From Candidatus Woesearchaeota archaeon (GTDB lineage: Archaea > Nanobdellota > Nanobdellia > Woesearchaeales > JAAOYA01): 64,000 bases of DNA. Positions within the stretch are counted from its first letter, which is position 1. Each line of letters starts with the position of its first letter. The notes under the pieces are model-generated. The model made no database searches. It was not told the origin of the DNA and was given only the letters and a program-made list of their open reading frames with translations. The stretch spans positions 176,812 through 240,811 of the forward strand of contig JAAOYA010000001.1 of assembly GCA_018221105.1 (NCBI GenBank), read 5' to 3'. This document shows, piece by piece, positions 20,487 to 32,495 of the stretch. A program made the translations under genes and the position numbers.

Positions 20487-21355
20487 AGTACTATTAGTAT
20501 TGCTCCTACTATCATCACAAAGCAAGCTATTGCTTTTCTGAAAAGCCTGTCTTCGTGAAACAATTCTCCCCCTATTATTGTTGCAAATAATGCAGACATT
20601 CTTTTTATCGCTATTACTAGCCCAACAAAAGTTGTTTTTACAGCTTGCAAATATGCAAGACGATACCCTACAGTTACCACTCCAGCGAGCAGTATCCACC
20701 AACCGGCTTTTTGCAGTCCAATCTTAAAATCTTTGAGCCCGTCATGAAACACGTGCAGCATCACTAAAAAGTTTATGGCTACAAACAATTGTGCCAACGC
20801 AATATAAGTTTGTGGCGGTATTTTGAAAATTCCCACTATAACCCTGTCAATAACTGCTGTTACAGCATATAATACTAGTGCCAAGATTATATAATGAATA
20901 TATTTTGATCGAAAATAAATTTTTAAAGGTTCAAAAATATTTTTTTCATTGCGCGATTCTAACAAGTATAATCCTATTATCAAAAAAATTATTCCGCTAG
21001 CCTGCACCCCTGTCAAACGTTCTCCTAAAAGCAAAAAAGCCAATATTGCAGTAATACCCGGTCCTAACACAAATACTGGAGCGGACTCGCTAACAGGCAT
21101 GTGCCTAATACTCTTTGCGGCCAGCAAAAAAGCAAAGGCTGCTAGCAACGAAGCAAAATATATTAATATTATAGCGTCAAAGTTCAAACTTGTGTAATCT
21201 GCAACCAGCAAAAAAGGCAGTGTTATCATCATATTAACAAAAGCTAAAACTGCGCTGTACTGCATCGCATGCGCTCGAAACAATGTTCTTTTGCCGATTA
21301 GCACTGCAAAACCTGATAGAACTGCTGATATGAAAGCAAAAATTACCCATTGCAT
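20483..21355 (-). CDS. EamA/DMT family transporter
   Basis: Two roughly 140-aa hydrophobic repeats; LLGERLT and FHED motifs. Confidence 0.9.
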   Translation of the reverse strand: MQWVIFAFISAVLSGFAVLIGKRTLFRAHAMQYSAVLAFVNMMITLPFLLVADYTSLNFDAIILIYFASLLAAFAFLLAAKSIRHMPVSESAPVFVLGPGITAILAFLLLGERLTGVQASGIIFLIIGLYLLESRNEKNIFEPLKIYFRSKYIHYIILALVLYAVTAVIDRVIVGIFKIPPQTYIALAQLFVAINFLVMLHVFHDGLKDFKIGLQKAGWWILLAGVVTVGYRLAYLQAVKTTFVGLVIAIKRMSALFATIIGGELFHEDRLFRKAIACFVMIVGAILIVL

Positions 21356-21438
21356 AAAATATTAATCAACAAAGAAGTTTTTAAGTTTTTTGTATTAACT
21401 AATAATTAAAGAAAAAAGTAAGAAAAAAATAAAAAGTA

Positions 21439-21636
21439 TTATCTTTTTATTGTTATTGGCATGACGTCAGCCGCAAGTTCTAATTTTGCTATTTCTATTG
21501 GGTTGTAGCCTATGTCTTCTAACTGTTTTTTTGACAGTTTGACATGAAACGGTGCACCCATCGCTATTTGTAGTGCTCTTGCGCCGACAAGGCGTGCTTT
21601 TTCGTATTTTGTGTACTTCAACTTGTTTACCCTCAA
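21439..21636 (-). CDS. rpoK: RNA polymerase subunit K (Rpo6)
   Basis: [21 protein letters not shown]. Confidence 0.95.
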   Translation of the reverse strand: MRVNKLKYTKYEKARLVGARALQIAMGAPFHVKLSKKQLEDIGYNPIEIAKLELAADVMPITIKR

Positions 21637-22403
21637 AGTTTTTTGCGCAGCTCACTAGCGCGTTTTTGTGCTAGTGTGCACATCTTATCAATTTCTTCTA
21701 TTGTTAGTGGTGCGTCGCCGCCTTTTTGCATTGCGCAAATCTGCCCTTTTTCTGTTGTTGTTACTGTTAAGCGTGCGTCAACACTTTCTTCTTCTTCGCT
21801 TACAGGGTCTACTAGTAAGTTGTCGCCTATTTTGTAGACTGTAACAGGTATTGGCAGTTTTGATAATGGTAGTTTAGTTTTAGTCTTTTTTTTGTAGTCT
21901 ATCTCGCCATCAACATACGTTGGAAATACTGCGTCTTGCAATGCTGCAAGAGTGGCAATTCCTGCCGCGTCAAGTAAGTTTCCATCATCGTTTATTGTTA
22001 TGATGTCTACTGCGACTAACCATATTTTTTCGCCTTTTTTAATGCATAATTTTTTTGTGTCTATTGCTTTGCTTTCTCTGATTCCACGATCTACAACGCG
22101 AGCTATTTCTATTGCCCAAATGCTTGGCGGTCCTGGCTCGAAGTTAGGACTTGACATTGGTAGTAGTTCTGCGCCCACCATTAAACTTCCGTCTTCTGGC
22201 GTGTCAGGGTATGGTTCTCCAACACTCATTTTGACTCCTGCAATGACTTCTGTTTCTCCAAGTATTACTCTTGCACTGCCCTCAGCGGTTTGCGAGACGC
22301 CTTTTTCAATTGTTAAGTCTCTAAACTCGTCTAGTTTTCTGCCGTCAACGCGTGCTTGTTGGTCGAGTGATTGTTTTATGTGGTTTTGTATTTGTAAATT
22401 CAT
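21633..22403 (-). CDS. rrp42: Exosome subunit Rrp42
   Basis: RVDGRK..EFR, AEGSARV.LG and [11 protein letters not shown] motifs. Confidence 0.95.
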   Translation of the reverse strand: MNLQIQNHIKQSLDQQARVDGRKLDEFRDLTIEKGVSQTAEGSARVILGETEVIAGVKMSVGEPYPDTPEDGSLMVGAELLPMSSPNFEPGPPSIWAIEIARVVDRGIRESKAIDTKKLCIKKGEKIWLVAVDIITINDDGNLLDAAGIATLAALQDAVFPTYVDGEIDYKKKTKTKLPLSKLPIPVTVYKIGDNLLVDPVSEEEESVDARLTVTTTEKGQICAMQKGGDAPLTIEEIDKMCTLAQKRASELRKKL

Positions 22404-23143
22404 TTTTTTCCACCTTTTAGGTCACTGTACTTTTCTTTTAAGGCTTTTTTTTGTATTTCATAGATTTTTTCCATTGCAGGTTTTGCAAATTTTAGTGCCT
22501 TAATAAGATCTTCTTTGCTGATATCGCCATCTAATTGTAACAGTGTTATTTCACCTGTTGATGGTATCATAGCAATTGGTATGTCTGCCACTTCTTCATC
22601 GTCAACTTTTGTTGTCGCATACTTAGGGTATTGTTCTTCTTCATAGTCTAAGTCTATTACTATTGACTTGTCTACTTTGCCGACTGCTACAGCGCAAACT
22701 AGGTCTTTCATTGGTATTCCAGCGTCAGCTAATGCCATTGAAGCTGCTACTATTCCAACGCATCTGCTTCCAGCGTCTGTTTGTGGCAGTTCAATAAACA
22801 CGTCTACTACTGCGTTTGGGTAGTCTTTTAAGTCTACTGCTGGCAGTAATGCTTTTGTTGTTACCATGCTTATTTCTTTTGCTCGTCTGTTAGCTCCTGG
22901 TCGTACTCGGTCTCCCATACCACTAAATGGCATCATGTTATAATTGCATCGCAGGCGTCCTTTTTCAGGGTCTTGCAAGAATCTTGGGTGTAGTTCTCTT
23001 GGACCGTATACTGCAGCTAGAGCAGTTGTATTTCCCATTCGAAACTTTGCGCTTCCAGTGGCTCTTTTTATCACGCCAACTTTTGCTTCTGTTTCGCGTA
23101 GCTCGTCGTGTTTTCTGCCGTCTAATCTTTTAGTGTAAGTCAT
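22400..23143 (-). CDS. rrp41: Exosome subunit Rrp41
   Basis: RLDGRK.DELR, AVYGPRE and DAGSR motifs. Confidence 0.95.
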   Translation of the reverse strand: MTYTKRLDGRKHDELRETEAKVGVIKRATGSAKFRMGNTTALAAVYGPRELHPRFLQDPEKGRLRCNYNMMPFSGMGDRVRPGANRRAKEISMVTTKALLPAVDLKDYPNAVVDVFIELPQTDAGSRCVGIVAASMALADAGIPMKDLVCAVAVGKVDKSIVIDLDYEEEQYPKYATTKVDDEEVADIPIAMIPSTGEITLLQLDGDISKEDLIKALKFAKPAMEKIYEIQKKALKEKYSDLKGGKK

Positions 23144-23895
23144 TGTTTCACTTCCGTATCTTCTTTTTTTGGCTCTTCAACTTTTTTTGTTGTTTTTGGC
23201 ATTGGCACTCTTTTTTCTAAAAATTCTTTTATCCTGTCAGTTAAGCCTCCAACGTGTGCTTGTTGGTTTATTAATTCTATTGCTTGTACTGCTATGGCTT
23301 CTTTTTTTGGTTCTTTGCCATTGATCCACACTATGCCGTTTTGTCCTACTGTTATTTGTGTTTGAGTGTGTTCTTTTATCAGTGTTACCATACTGCCTTG
23401 TTTTCCGATTATTCGCGGCACTTTTGCTGGCGTTACCATTATTATTCTTCCAGGCCCAAGTTTTTTTAGTCCTGGTCCTTTAACTGTTAAGTCTACTAGG
23501 TTTTGACTTGTCACGTTTATGATTTTTGCTACTACATACTCTTGTAGTTTGTAATAACGTGTCAAATCTGCGCCTCTCGCTACGAATTCGTGTGTTCCGT
23601 CTTTCATTGATAGCATTGCAGGATATGCGCTGTTGATGTTAAATCGCCATCCACTAAATGCTATGTCGTCAACTCTTCCGATTATTGTATCGCCTTTTCG
23701 TGGCAGGTAGGCTCCTTTTAGGGGCACTATTTTTAGTGCTCTGCCTTCAACGTTTAATAATCCTAGTCTTGTGCTTTTTATATTGTCGCCGTCACGATAA
23801 GTTCCGTGACCTGGTAAATAATCCATTCCTTGTGCTAGTATTTCTCCTGGCACGACGACTTGTTTGTCTTGTATTAATAATCCCATATTATTCAT
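23140..23895 (-). CDS. rrp4: Exosome subunit Rrp4
   Basis: VVPGE, S1 domain, KH motif PRIIGKQGSM, VGQNG; start could be ATG 23886. Confidence 0.95.
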   Translation of the reverse strand: MNNMGLLIQDKQVVVPGEILAQGMDYLPGHGTYRDGDNIKSTRLGLLNVEGRALKIVPLKGAYLPRKGDTIIGRVDDIAFSGWRFNINSAYPAMLSMKDGTHEFVARGADLTRYYKLQEYVVAKIINVTSQNLVDLTVKGPGLKKLGPGRIIMVTPAKVPRIIGKQGSMVTLIKEHTQTQITVGQNGIVWINGKEPKKEAIAVQAIELINQQAHVGGLTDRIKEFLEKRVPMPKTTKKVEEPKKEDTEVKQ

Positions 23896-23901
23896 CTCCT
23901 A

Positions 23902-24618
23902 TTATTCTATATTTTTAATTTCTACATTGCCGTGCGTCATAGAATTAAGTTTATCTATTAATTCTGATTGTAGTCCTGCTGGCAATTCTAAGTTGCCTTG
24001 CCAACTGCCATCTGCTAGCCAGTTATCTTTTGTTATTTCTGCTAGGTTTTTGATGGTGCTATAAGCTTTTCCAGCGAATTCTGCGGGCAGGAGTACTTGT
24101 AATTTTTTCTTTTCAAAGTTTATTGGCAGTATGGGTCGTAATGTTTTAATCACGTCTTGTACTTGCTCGTCTGCTTTTTTGTACTCGTCAACTCGCACTT
24201 TTGCTTCTTCAAAAGCTAGTTCTATGCGTTGCACTGGGTGTGGCAGTCCTGTTTTTGGGTCTGCTGCGTTGCGATGTATTAGATTGATTAATTGGCGTTT
24301 TTTTTCTTCGCGTACTTTTGAGCGTATTTCTGCTGTTAGTTGTATTTCTCCTTCTTCTAAGATTTTTTTTGCAACTTGCAGTGGCTCGTCAGTTGAAAAA
24401 ACGCTTTTTAGCCTTTCTTCTGAGGCTAGTAATCCTTTATGTGCGTCAAAAAAGATTTTTTGTGAGTGCACTATTTCTTCTATTGGTATGTCGTTTCCTT
24501 CTTTGTAAGAGACTGCTTTTTCTGGCGTGATTACTATTTCGAAGTTTGTGCCTTCTTTTTTTAATCGTGCTACGTTAAAGCTTACTCTTTCTTTGTCAAA
24601 TGTTGTTGAAGGTTTCAT
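23902..24618 (-). CDS. Ribosome assembly factor SBDS
   Basis: GEIQLTAE, DPKTGLPHP..RIE motifs; position in the exosome operon. Confidence 0.95.
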   Translation of the reverse strand: MKPSTTFDKERVSFNVARLKKEGTNFEIVITPEKAVSYKEGNDIPIEEIVHSQKIFFDAHKGLLASEERLKSVFSTDEPLQVAKKILEEGEIQLTAEIRSKVREEKKRQLINLIHRNAADPKTGLPHPVQRIELAFEEAKVRVDEYKKADEQVQDVIKTLRPILPINFEKKKLQVLLPAEFAGKAYSTIKNLAEITKDNWLADGSWQGNLELPAGLQSELIDKLNSMTHGNVEIKNIE

Positions 24619-25355
24619 TTTTTCTTTTGTATTTCGTCTAGTACGCTTTTGATTTTTTCTCTTGTTAGCCTTGTTAATTTTTTGTCTGTTGTAGTGATTA
24701 TTGCAGCGTCTAAACGATTAGCGTTGAGGTTTTCCACACTTGTGTTTAAGGCTTTTATTGCTATTTTTAGTCCTTCCTCTATGGTTAGTGTTTCTTTGTA
24801 TTCTTTGTGCAATATTTCTTCTATTTGAGTGTCGTTCTCTCCGATGACTGTTGCTTTGAACTGCCAGTATAATCCTGCTGGGTCGGTTTGGTATAATGCT
24901 GGGCCGTTATCGTCAACTCCTGCAATCAAAAGTGATAATCCGAAAGGTCTTAGTCCTCCTGATTGTGTGGTGACTTGTTTTAGTGAGCAAATGTCTTTGA
25001 CTATTGATAACACGTCTACTGGACTGTCGTAGGTTACCCTGTTTTGTTGTGCTTTTAATTGTGCTCTTTCTACTAGCACTCTGGCGTCAGAGAGTATTCC
25101 TGCTGCTGTCGCGCCTAAGTGATCGTCAATTTTGAATATTTTTTCTACTGACTCGCTTATTACTAGCGGGTCTACTATTCTTTTGTCTGTTACTAGTAGT
25201 ACTCCGTCTTTGCAAACTATTCCTATTGCTGCGCTTCCTTGCTTGACGGTTTTTTTTGCGTATTCTACTTGTAGTAATCGCCCGTCTGGCGAAAACATTG
25301 TTATTGCTCTGTCATAGCCCATCATTTGATGGTTTGTTGTTGATTGTAATGTCAT
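24615..25355 (-). CDS. psmA: Proteasome alpha subunit
   Basis: GYDRAITMFSPDGRLLQVEYA. Confidence 0.97.
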   Translation of the reverse strand: MTLQSTTNHQMMGYDRAITMFSPDGRLLQVEYAKKTVKQGSAAIGIVCKDGVLLVTDKRIVDPLVISESVEKIFKIDDHLGATAAGILSDARVLVERAQLKAQQNRVTYDSPVDVLSIVKDICSLKQVTTQSGGLRPFGLSLLIAGVDDNGPALYQTDPAGLYWQFKATVIGENDTQIEEILHKEYKETLTIEEGLKIAIKALNTSVENLNANRLDAAIITTTDKKLTRLTREKIKSVLDEIQKKK

Positions 25356-25726
25356 TTTTTCCCACCTTTGATTAATTTTTTTAGTATTGCACTTGTTTTA
25401 ATGCTTTGAAAGTTTACTTCTTTGTTGTTCATTTTTGTTTTTAGTGTAAGGCTTGCCTTTACATTGTCTGCTTGTTTGTTGTTGACTCGTATTATGAAAG
25501 TTTGCTCTGTTACGTCAAAGCCGTCTTTTACAAATAACAAGCCTGCTTTTGCAGCTCCACTACTCCCTAAATATTCTTGTAGTGCGCCCCTTACAGTGTT
25601 TTGTAACATTTTATTGTCACTTAACGGTTTTTGCGTGTGTATTCGATATTTTATATAGCGTTTTTTCTCCTTTAATGTTGGCATTAATGGTTTCATACGC
25701 TGTTTAACCAATTTTTTCTTGGTCAT
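25352..25726 (-). CDS. RNase P protein Pop5/Rpp14
   Basis: PTLKEKKRYI, LG..G.A and KTSAILKK motifs; operon position. Confidence 0.85.
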   Translation of the reverse strand: MTKKKLVKQRMKPLMPTLKEKKRYIKYRIHTQKPLSDNKMLQNTVRGALQEYLGSSGAAKAGLLFVKDGFDVTEQTFIIRVNNKQADNVKASLTLKTKMNNKEVNFQSIKTSAILKKLIKGGKK

Positions 25727-25842
25727 TTTGGGATTTTTGCCCCGAGAAAGAATGTTTTTTTAATCTCTTTTTTCGTTCTTTCTTTCTCTCTACAAGGCCC
25801 AAGAACAAGTAATTATTTAAAAGCTTTTTGGTCTAAATGGTT

Positions 25843-27171
25843 TTATTTTCCTGTTATTAATTTTTTTAACTCTTTTGTTTTCTCGTCGAGTAATTCTTTG
25901 GTGTTGGCTTCTATTTTCAGTCTTATTAATGGTTCTGTGTTGCTTTGTCGAATGTTTAGCCACCAATCATTGAATGTTATTGTTAGACCGTCAATTTTGG
26001 ATTTTTTTCCTGCAGGATATTTTTTTTCTGTTTTTAGTATTATTCCCGCAGGGTTTGCAGCTCTGAAGTTTAGGTTTACATCAAAGTATTTGTTGAAGTT
26101 TTTTGCTAGTTCACTAAGCGTTGTTTCTTCTTCGTTTAAGGCTTTTATTAGTGTTGCAACTGCTATTGCAGTGCTCTCGCCGTACTCAATGTTTTTGAAG
26201 TAGAAGTGTCCTGATTCTTCAGCGCCAAATAATGCGTTGTTTTCTATTAGTTTTTGATTGATGAAAGTGTGTCCTGTTTTTGAAATTATTACCTTCGCCC
26301 CTTTAGTTTTTAGTGTTTCTTTTAGTGCTTTGCCTGCACGTTCTTCAACAACTATTTTTTGCTCTGGGCTAAAGCCTAGTAAGTACTCTGCTATTATTGC
26401 TATTATCGCGTCACCGAAAACTTTTTGACCTTTGTCGTCAACAAATATTGCTCTGTCTGCGTCACCATCAAAGGCCACTCCGAACATTGCATTATGTTTT
26501 AGAATACTTTCTTTTAAGTCTTTTAAGTTCGATGTCACAGGGTTTGGGCCTCGTGCCGGAAACTCACCATCTATTTTATCATTTATTATTACTTGTTTGC
26601 AATGGTCTTTTAGCGCTTTAGCTTCAAATATTCCCATTCCGTTTCCAACATCGAATATTATTGTTGGCTTGTTTTTTGGAATTGGCACGATTTTAGTTAT
26701 TTGTTCTTTGTACTCTTCAAATAATTCTTTTTTGTAGATTTGTCCTTTGTCTTCTACAGTAAATTGGTTTTCGTTATAGATTTTTTTTATTATTTCCATT
26801 CCAGTGCCTTGACCTACAGGAGTCGCGTTTTCTCGAAATATTTTTATTCCAGCGTACTCTTTTGGGCTGTGCGATGGTGTCACCATAACTGCGCAATCAT
26901 AATGGTACGCTCTTGACGCGAAAAATATCATTGGTGTTGAACACTGTCCAATGTCTACAACGTCAACTCCTCGCTCTACTAATCCTTTGATTACTTCTTT
27001 TGCTAGTGCAGCACTATTTTTTCTTCCGTCACGGCCAACTACTGCTGTTTGACATTTTAGAAAACTTGCTATCGCGCGGCTTATAGTATAAGCAATTTTA
27101 GCGTCTAATTCTTTGTCGTACAATCCCCTAATATCATACGCCTTAAATATTTTGTCAGTGTCTTTTGTCAT
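25843..27171 (-). CDS. Phosphomannomutase/phosphoglucomutase
   Basis: FKAYDIRG, TPSHSP, FDGDADR, EESGH and RQSNTEPLIR motifs. Confidence 0.93.
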   Translation of the reverse strand: MTKDTDKIFKAYDIRGLYDKELDAKIAYTISRAIASFLKCQTAVVGRDGRKNSAALAKEVIKGLVERGVDVVDIGQCSTPMIFFASRAYHYDCAVMVTPSHSPKEYAGIKIFRENATPVGQGTGMEIIKKIYNENQFTVEDKGQIYKKELFEEYKEQITKIVPIPKNKPTIIFDVGNGMGIFEAKALKDHCKQVIINDKIDGEFPARGPNPVTSNLKDLKESILKHNAMFGVAFDGDADRAIFVDDKGQKVFGDAIIAIIAEYLLGFSPEQKIVVEERAGKALKETLKTKGAKVIISKTGHTFINQKLIENNALFGAEESGHFYFKNIEYGESTAIAVATLIKALNEEETTLSELAKNFNKYFDVNLNFRAANPAGIILKTEKKYPAGKKSKIDGLTITFNDWWLNIRQSNTEPLIRLKIEANTKELLDEKTKELKKLITGK

Positions 27172-28436
27172 CTTACCCTTAATGTTCCTATCAAGTGATG
27201 CGTGGCACCGCGATAAACCTTTGCTATAACTGTTTTGCCAAGTGGCAAATCACCTTTTAGTATTACTTGTTTGTAATGATTGTTGCGAGCTACAACACTG
27301 TTTTGTTTTTTCTTATCATCAACTAATACTTTTCCAGTCCAGCCAACCCATAACTTATTTTTTTGTGCTGAAATAGTTTCTGATAGTGTTGTTAGATCGC
27401 GGGCTCTTTTATTGGTTATTTTTTGATCTATCAAATCAAGCGATGACGCAGGAGTACCTGACCTTGGCCAGAACTTGCTAAGGTGTAACATGTCGGGGCG
27501 CAACCAATTAATCAAATCTATTGTTTTTTGGTAGTCCTCGTCGGTTTCTGTCGGGTATCCGCAGATGACATCTGTAGCGATTGTGATTTGTGGAAATGCA
27601 TCTCTAAAAGCTTCAATTATTAGTTTAAAATCATCAAGCATGTAATCACGGCCCATCTCAAGCAGCACTTTATCGCTGCCGCTTTGAACTGGCAAGTGTA
27701 AAAACTTGAATATTTTTTCTTCTTTGTAAGCTTCTATTAATTCATCAAGTATTGGTAGCACGTTGTTAGGGTTCATCATTCCGACGCGCATCATAAAATC
27801 GCCTCTTAAATCAGCAATTTTTTTAAGCAAATCTGGCAGATTATATTCATAGTTTGCATTGTCTTGGCTTGTAATCCAGACTTCTTTAGCTCCTTTGTCA
27901 ACTGCTTTTTTTACTTGTTTTATTATTTTTTCTGGCTCAAAACTGACAAGGTCTCCTTTAGCAAGTCGTACTATGCAATAATTGCATCTTCCGCGACAAC
28001 CTTCGCTTATTTGTACTATTTCAACAATAGGATTTTTGCTAATTTTTGGGTGTCCGACTTTTGATTCATAACGATCGCTTATTGTGGCGCGAGGCTTTTT
28101 CTTTTTTGTAACAGCATCAACAACTCTTGCAATATCTGTTATGTGTCGTGTGCCTACCAGAACAGCATTTTTCGCGTTGACTTTTAATAAGTCAGCTTGG
28201 GCGTCAGCCATACAACCAGCAACAATCAAGTTTTTTCTTTTTTTGTGATACTCTTTGATCTTTTTTAATATTTTATCTTCTGTTGGTCCTTTAACAGTAC
28301 AAGTGTTTATTATAAAAACGTCAGCAGTTGCCGGGCCGCGAGCAAGTTTATAACCGGCAGTTTGTAGTAACCCATTGATAATTTCAGAATTGTTAAGATT
28401 CGCCGTACACCCATAAGTCTCCACAAGAACATTCAT
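27168..28436 (-). CDS. tRNA methylthiotransferase (MiaB/MtaB-like radical SAM)
   Basis: TYGCTAN, NTCTVK, CRGRCNYC and HLPVQSGS motifs, TRAM domain; start taken as ATG 28436. Confidence 0.92.
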   Translation of the reverse strand: MNVLVETYGCTANLNNSEIINGLLQTAGYKLARGPATADVFIINTCTVKGPTEDKILKKIKEYHKKRKNLIVAGCMADAQADLLKVNAKNAVLVGTRHITDIARVVDAVTKKKKPRATISDRYESKVGHPKISKNPIVEIVQISEGCRGRCNYCIVRLAKGDLVSFEPEKIIKQVKKAVDKGAKEVWITSQDNANYEYNLPDLLKKIADLRGDFMMRVGMMNPNNVLPILDELIEAYKEEKIFKFLHLPVQSGSDKVLLEMGRDYMLDDFKLIIEAFRDAFPQITIATDVICGYPTETDEDYQKTIDLINWLRPDMLHLSKFWPRSGTPASSLDLIDQKITNKRARDLTTLSETISAQKNKLWVGWTGKVLVDDKKKQNSVVARNNHYKQVILKGDLPLGKTVIAKVYRGATHHLIGTLRVR

Positions 28437-28490
28437 ATAAAAAAATGTAATCAAGGGGTTATTTTTAAAGTTTACTACAAAAAACAATCA

Positions 28491-29309
28491 TTAAAAGTCT
28501 AAAATTGAGTCATCAACAGGATTATAAACTCCTCTGGCGTTAAGAATTGGAAAAGTGGAAGGTGTTTCTTTTTCTTTAGATTCTATACCTTGATCAATTC
28601 CTGGATGAGGATATAAGCACAAGTTTCCACCATCAAGGTGTGGTGGCAGATTTTCTGAACAAAGCAATATTGGAGCAATCAATGCCTTGCCATCTTCAAT
28701 TTTAATAGTTGGTTCGCCAGTGTGATACGCTAATAAAGGCAGTTCAATACTTGCTCTTTTTATATCATTAAATTTTAAAAAGTCAGAGTATTGTTCTGCC
28801 CCAACAACACCAAAAATTTTTTGTACTAGTTCATCATTCTCAAAAACTGGCTTGCCATGATTTAAAAAAATAGTATAACTATTTTGCGGGGCTATAATGA
28901 ATCTATCTTCATTTTGAGCTCTCTCTATTGCATCCTTAATTTTATTTCCCATTGGTAAAACTAAATAACGCGATTTTTCAAAAATAGCCTTTTGTATTCT
29001 ACTTGCAAAATTGTGTACTAAATTCTGTTCGATTGAAGGCGAATCATCAATAGCAAGCAGCAAGGTTCCATCAACAGTATCCCTAAAATAAATAGCGGTT
29101 GTCCTAGTAATTTGGCGATCACAAAAATCTTGACAATCGCCGACCAATCCTTGTGCAATCCTAAGAGCTGCAGCTTCTGCAGCGCTTTGCAATACCGCAT
29201 CATCTTCAATTATCGAATTAACAAGTCCTACTAAATTATTCCTTTTAGAAGGAGTAAACTCTAAACCGCTAAACAATGATTCATCATCTAAAACAACTTT
29301 ATAACCCAT
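28491..29309 (-). CDS. Hypothetical protein
   Basis: Long ORF with no recognised motif. Confidence 0.6.
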   Translation of the reverse strand: MGYKVVLDDESLFSGLEFTPSKRNNLVGLVNSIIEDDAVLQSAAEAAALRIAQGLVGDCQDFCDRQITRTTAIYFRDTVDGTLLLAIDDSPSIEQNLVHNFASRIQKAIFEKSRYLVLPMGNKIKDAIERAQNEDRFIIAPQNSYTIFLNHGKPVFENDELVQKIFGVVGAEQYSDFLKFNDIKRASIELPLLAYHTGEPTIKIEDGKALIAPILLCSENLPPHLDGGNLCLYPHPGIDQGIESKEKETPSTFPILNARGVYNPVDDSILDF

Positions 29310-29421
29310 ATTATCACTGTGAGTTTTCAAAGAATCTTATACTTAAAGCTTTCGCTAAAACAATTTTTTGTTAAAAAAAAAGAAAATAAAAGCCGCGCAC
29401 ATTCAATAGGTAAAACACAAA

Positions 29422-32303
29422 AGAATTATTGGTAACCGCACGCTGAACACCTCGTTGCCTTGGTGCTTACACGCCAGTCCCATCAAACGAGTCTTTTACT
29501 CGTATTCCAAAGAGTCTCTTTTCAAGGCAGGCTTCGAGCTTAGATGCTTTCAGCTCTTATCCCTTGAGGCGTAGCTGCCCGGCGATACCCTGTCGGATAA
29601 CCGGTACACCAGTGGCCTCGAACCATCGTTCCTCTCGTACTAAATGGTCCTTCCTTTCAGACTCCACACACATCCAGCAGATAATAAACATACTGCCTCA
29701 CAGCGTACTGAACCCAGCTCACGATCCCTTTTAATGGGTGAACACCCCCACCCTTGGCCGCTTCTGCACGACCAGGATAGGAAGAGCCGACATCGACGTA
29801 GCAAACCGCGCCGTCGATTTGAGCTCTCGGGCGCGACAACTCTATTATCCCCGGAGTAACTTTTCAGTCAGCACTAACCCCCACCAAGGAGGTATAGTGG
29901 TTCGCTAGACCACGCTTTCGCGTTTGGAACTTATACTGTTAAAGGTCCAATCAGGCAGGCTTTTGCTCTTGCACTCCACACCGGATTTCTGACCCGGTTG
30001 AGCATACCTTTGGGCGCCACTGATACAATTTCAGCGGCGTGCCACCCCAGCCAAACTGTCCACCTACAGGTGTCCAAGCAATGCTTGTGAGTAATGCAAA
30101 CTATGAAGAGCGGTGTCTCATTGGCGTTTACACAAAACCTAGCGACTTTGCTTAAGCAACTCCCGCTTACGCTGCACAACACAAATCACATCACAACTAT
30201 AGGCTACAGTAAAGTTTCACGGGGTCTTCACTTCCCGCTGGATGTCTCTGGACTTTGCACCAGAATGTAATTTTCAGGGGGTTCTAGTTGGGGACAGCGG
30301 ATATCTCGTTACGCCATTCATGCAGGCCGTCAATTAAACGGCAAGGCATTTCGTTACCTTAAGAGAGTTATAGTTACTCCCGCCGTTTACCAGCTCTTCT
30401 CCCCGTTGAACCGGGTTTTCAAGTACTGGCACTGGGCAGACGTCACCAACTATACAAGACCTTACGATTTAGCAGTTGGTTAAGTTTTTGTTAAACAGTC
30501 GGACATCCTTTGTCACTGAGCCCTGTAATCGCAGTCATACAACAACGATTATAGGGACCCCTTATACCGAAGGTACGGGGCCAAATTGCCGAATTCCCTC
30601 AACTAGATTAATCCCTCACGCCTTAGGTTTCTAACCTAGGGGCACCTGTGCTGGTTCTGGGTACGATTAATAATGTTCTTTCCCTGTTCTTTTTTCACGG
30701 GCTCCAGACATCAACAAAATACTACTTGCGTAGTACCATTTTAAGGTTTGTTCAAGTTCTCACCATTACGGTACTCCTTTGAACTGTCCTTATTAGCACA
30801 ACAGACGAGTTGTGTTTATCTAGCCAGAAGCGTCAAAAACAAGGCTTGCGTTGCCGCACATACATTATTAGTACAGGAATATTAACCTGTTGCCCTTTCC
30901 CGAATAGACCAGTTAGGCCTTCGGTTAGGATCGACTTACCCTTGACTGAACTGCATTGTCAAGGAACCCTTGCCCTTTCGGCGGCACTGATTCTCACAGT
31001 GCTTTGCTCCTACTACCACCAGGATTCTTATCTCAACCAGGTCCACCAACCCTCTCGGGCGGGCTTCTGCCCTGGCAAAGCACCTACCTATCACAAGCTT
31101 GTGGCTTGTCTATAGTATCGGTAATTAGTTTAGCCCCGTCCATTTTCCGGGCTCAAAACCTTGACAAGTAAGCTGTTACGCATTTATTATAGGATGGCTG
31201 CTTCTAAGCCAACCTCCTCGCTGTCTTTGGCAATGAACACCGTTTACCCGTTAACACTTAACTAATATTTTGGGACCTTAACTATAGTCTGGGTTGTTCC
31301 CCTCTCGGACGCCAAGCTTACCCCGGCGCCCCGTCTCCCAAAGTCTACAACGTTAAAACATTCGGAGTTGGACAAAAAACCGAGGAATTTCTCCCCCTAA
31401 ATCTTCAATCCGTATCTCTACCTTCTTAACTGTCTCGTTTGAGGCTTGACTACGGCCAACTTCGGTAGGAACCAGCTATCGCCGTTCTCGATTGGCTTTT
31501 CACCCCTAATCCCAGGTTACAAGAACACTTGCACGTAGCACCTCTTCAGGCCTCCACGAAGTCTTACCTCCGCTTCACCTTACCCAGGATTAGATCGAAC
31601 GGTTTCGGGTCGTGCTCAAGTGACTACAGGCACTTTAATACCTTGCCCCTCATAAATTGCGGGCTTATCGATTTCTCTATAAATACACCACGTAATGGTT
31701 TATTTTTGCCACTCAAACACACTCCCTGGCACGTTATTCTAAACGTACGACACACACCCGTAAGTGCGTGTCTAACTATCATTGTTAGGTTTCAGGTCTT
31801 TTAACTCCCTGTCAAGGGTACTTTTCAACATTCCCTCACGGTACTGGTACGCTATCGGTCTTTGGACGTATTTAGGGTTGGAAGTTGGTGCCTCCCACAT
31901 TCATGCGTCATCTCCAAGACACACTACTCTCGAAACGTCGAAATCCAAATAATGGTTTTTTACGGGACTATCACCCTCTATGGTACAACTTTCCAGTTGA
32001 CTTCAAATATAAAATTTGGACTTAAAGACGCTCAACCACATCCCATTATCATTACTGACAATGGTTCAGTTTGCCCTGTGCCGTGTTCAGTCGCTCTTAC
32101 TAACAGCATCTCATTTGATTTCTTTTCCTGCAGGTACTAAGACGCTTCAATTCCCTGCGTTCCCCATCCTTGCGGATTCTAAGAAGAAGTCTTATTCACA
32201 AATCCCTGGTTCAACACTTACGTGCAGCTCGCCAAGGCTTAAAGCAGCTTGTCACTTGCTTCATCGGCGTCCAAAGCCAAGTCATCCACCTAACAATCTA
32301 AGG
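29422..32303 (-). rRNA. rrl: 23S rRNA
   Basis: Conserved segments in reverse complement (GAAGAGCCGACATCG, CTTAGATGCTTTCAGC, CCCTCACGGTACTGGTACGCTATCGG); ends approximate. Confidence 0.97.
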
Positions 32304-32495
32304 CGTGTTTTACCTATTGTTTATGCACGGCTTTCATTAACATGAAATGGGAGTTGCATGTTATATCATGCCCTTCATTCACAATTGTAACAATCGCGAA
32401 TTGCTATTGATTGATGAATATGATTTGTTCCTTACTGAAATGGACTCGGCGATATCGAAAACATTGTTTTCGGAACCTCCGTTCCATTCTTCGAA

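Noticed and set aside
20487..20702. N-terminal extension of the DUF357 ORF
   Set aside because: Overlaps the EamA gene in another frame
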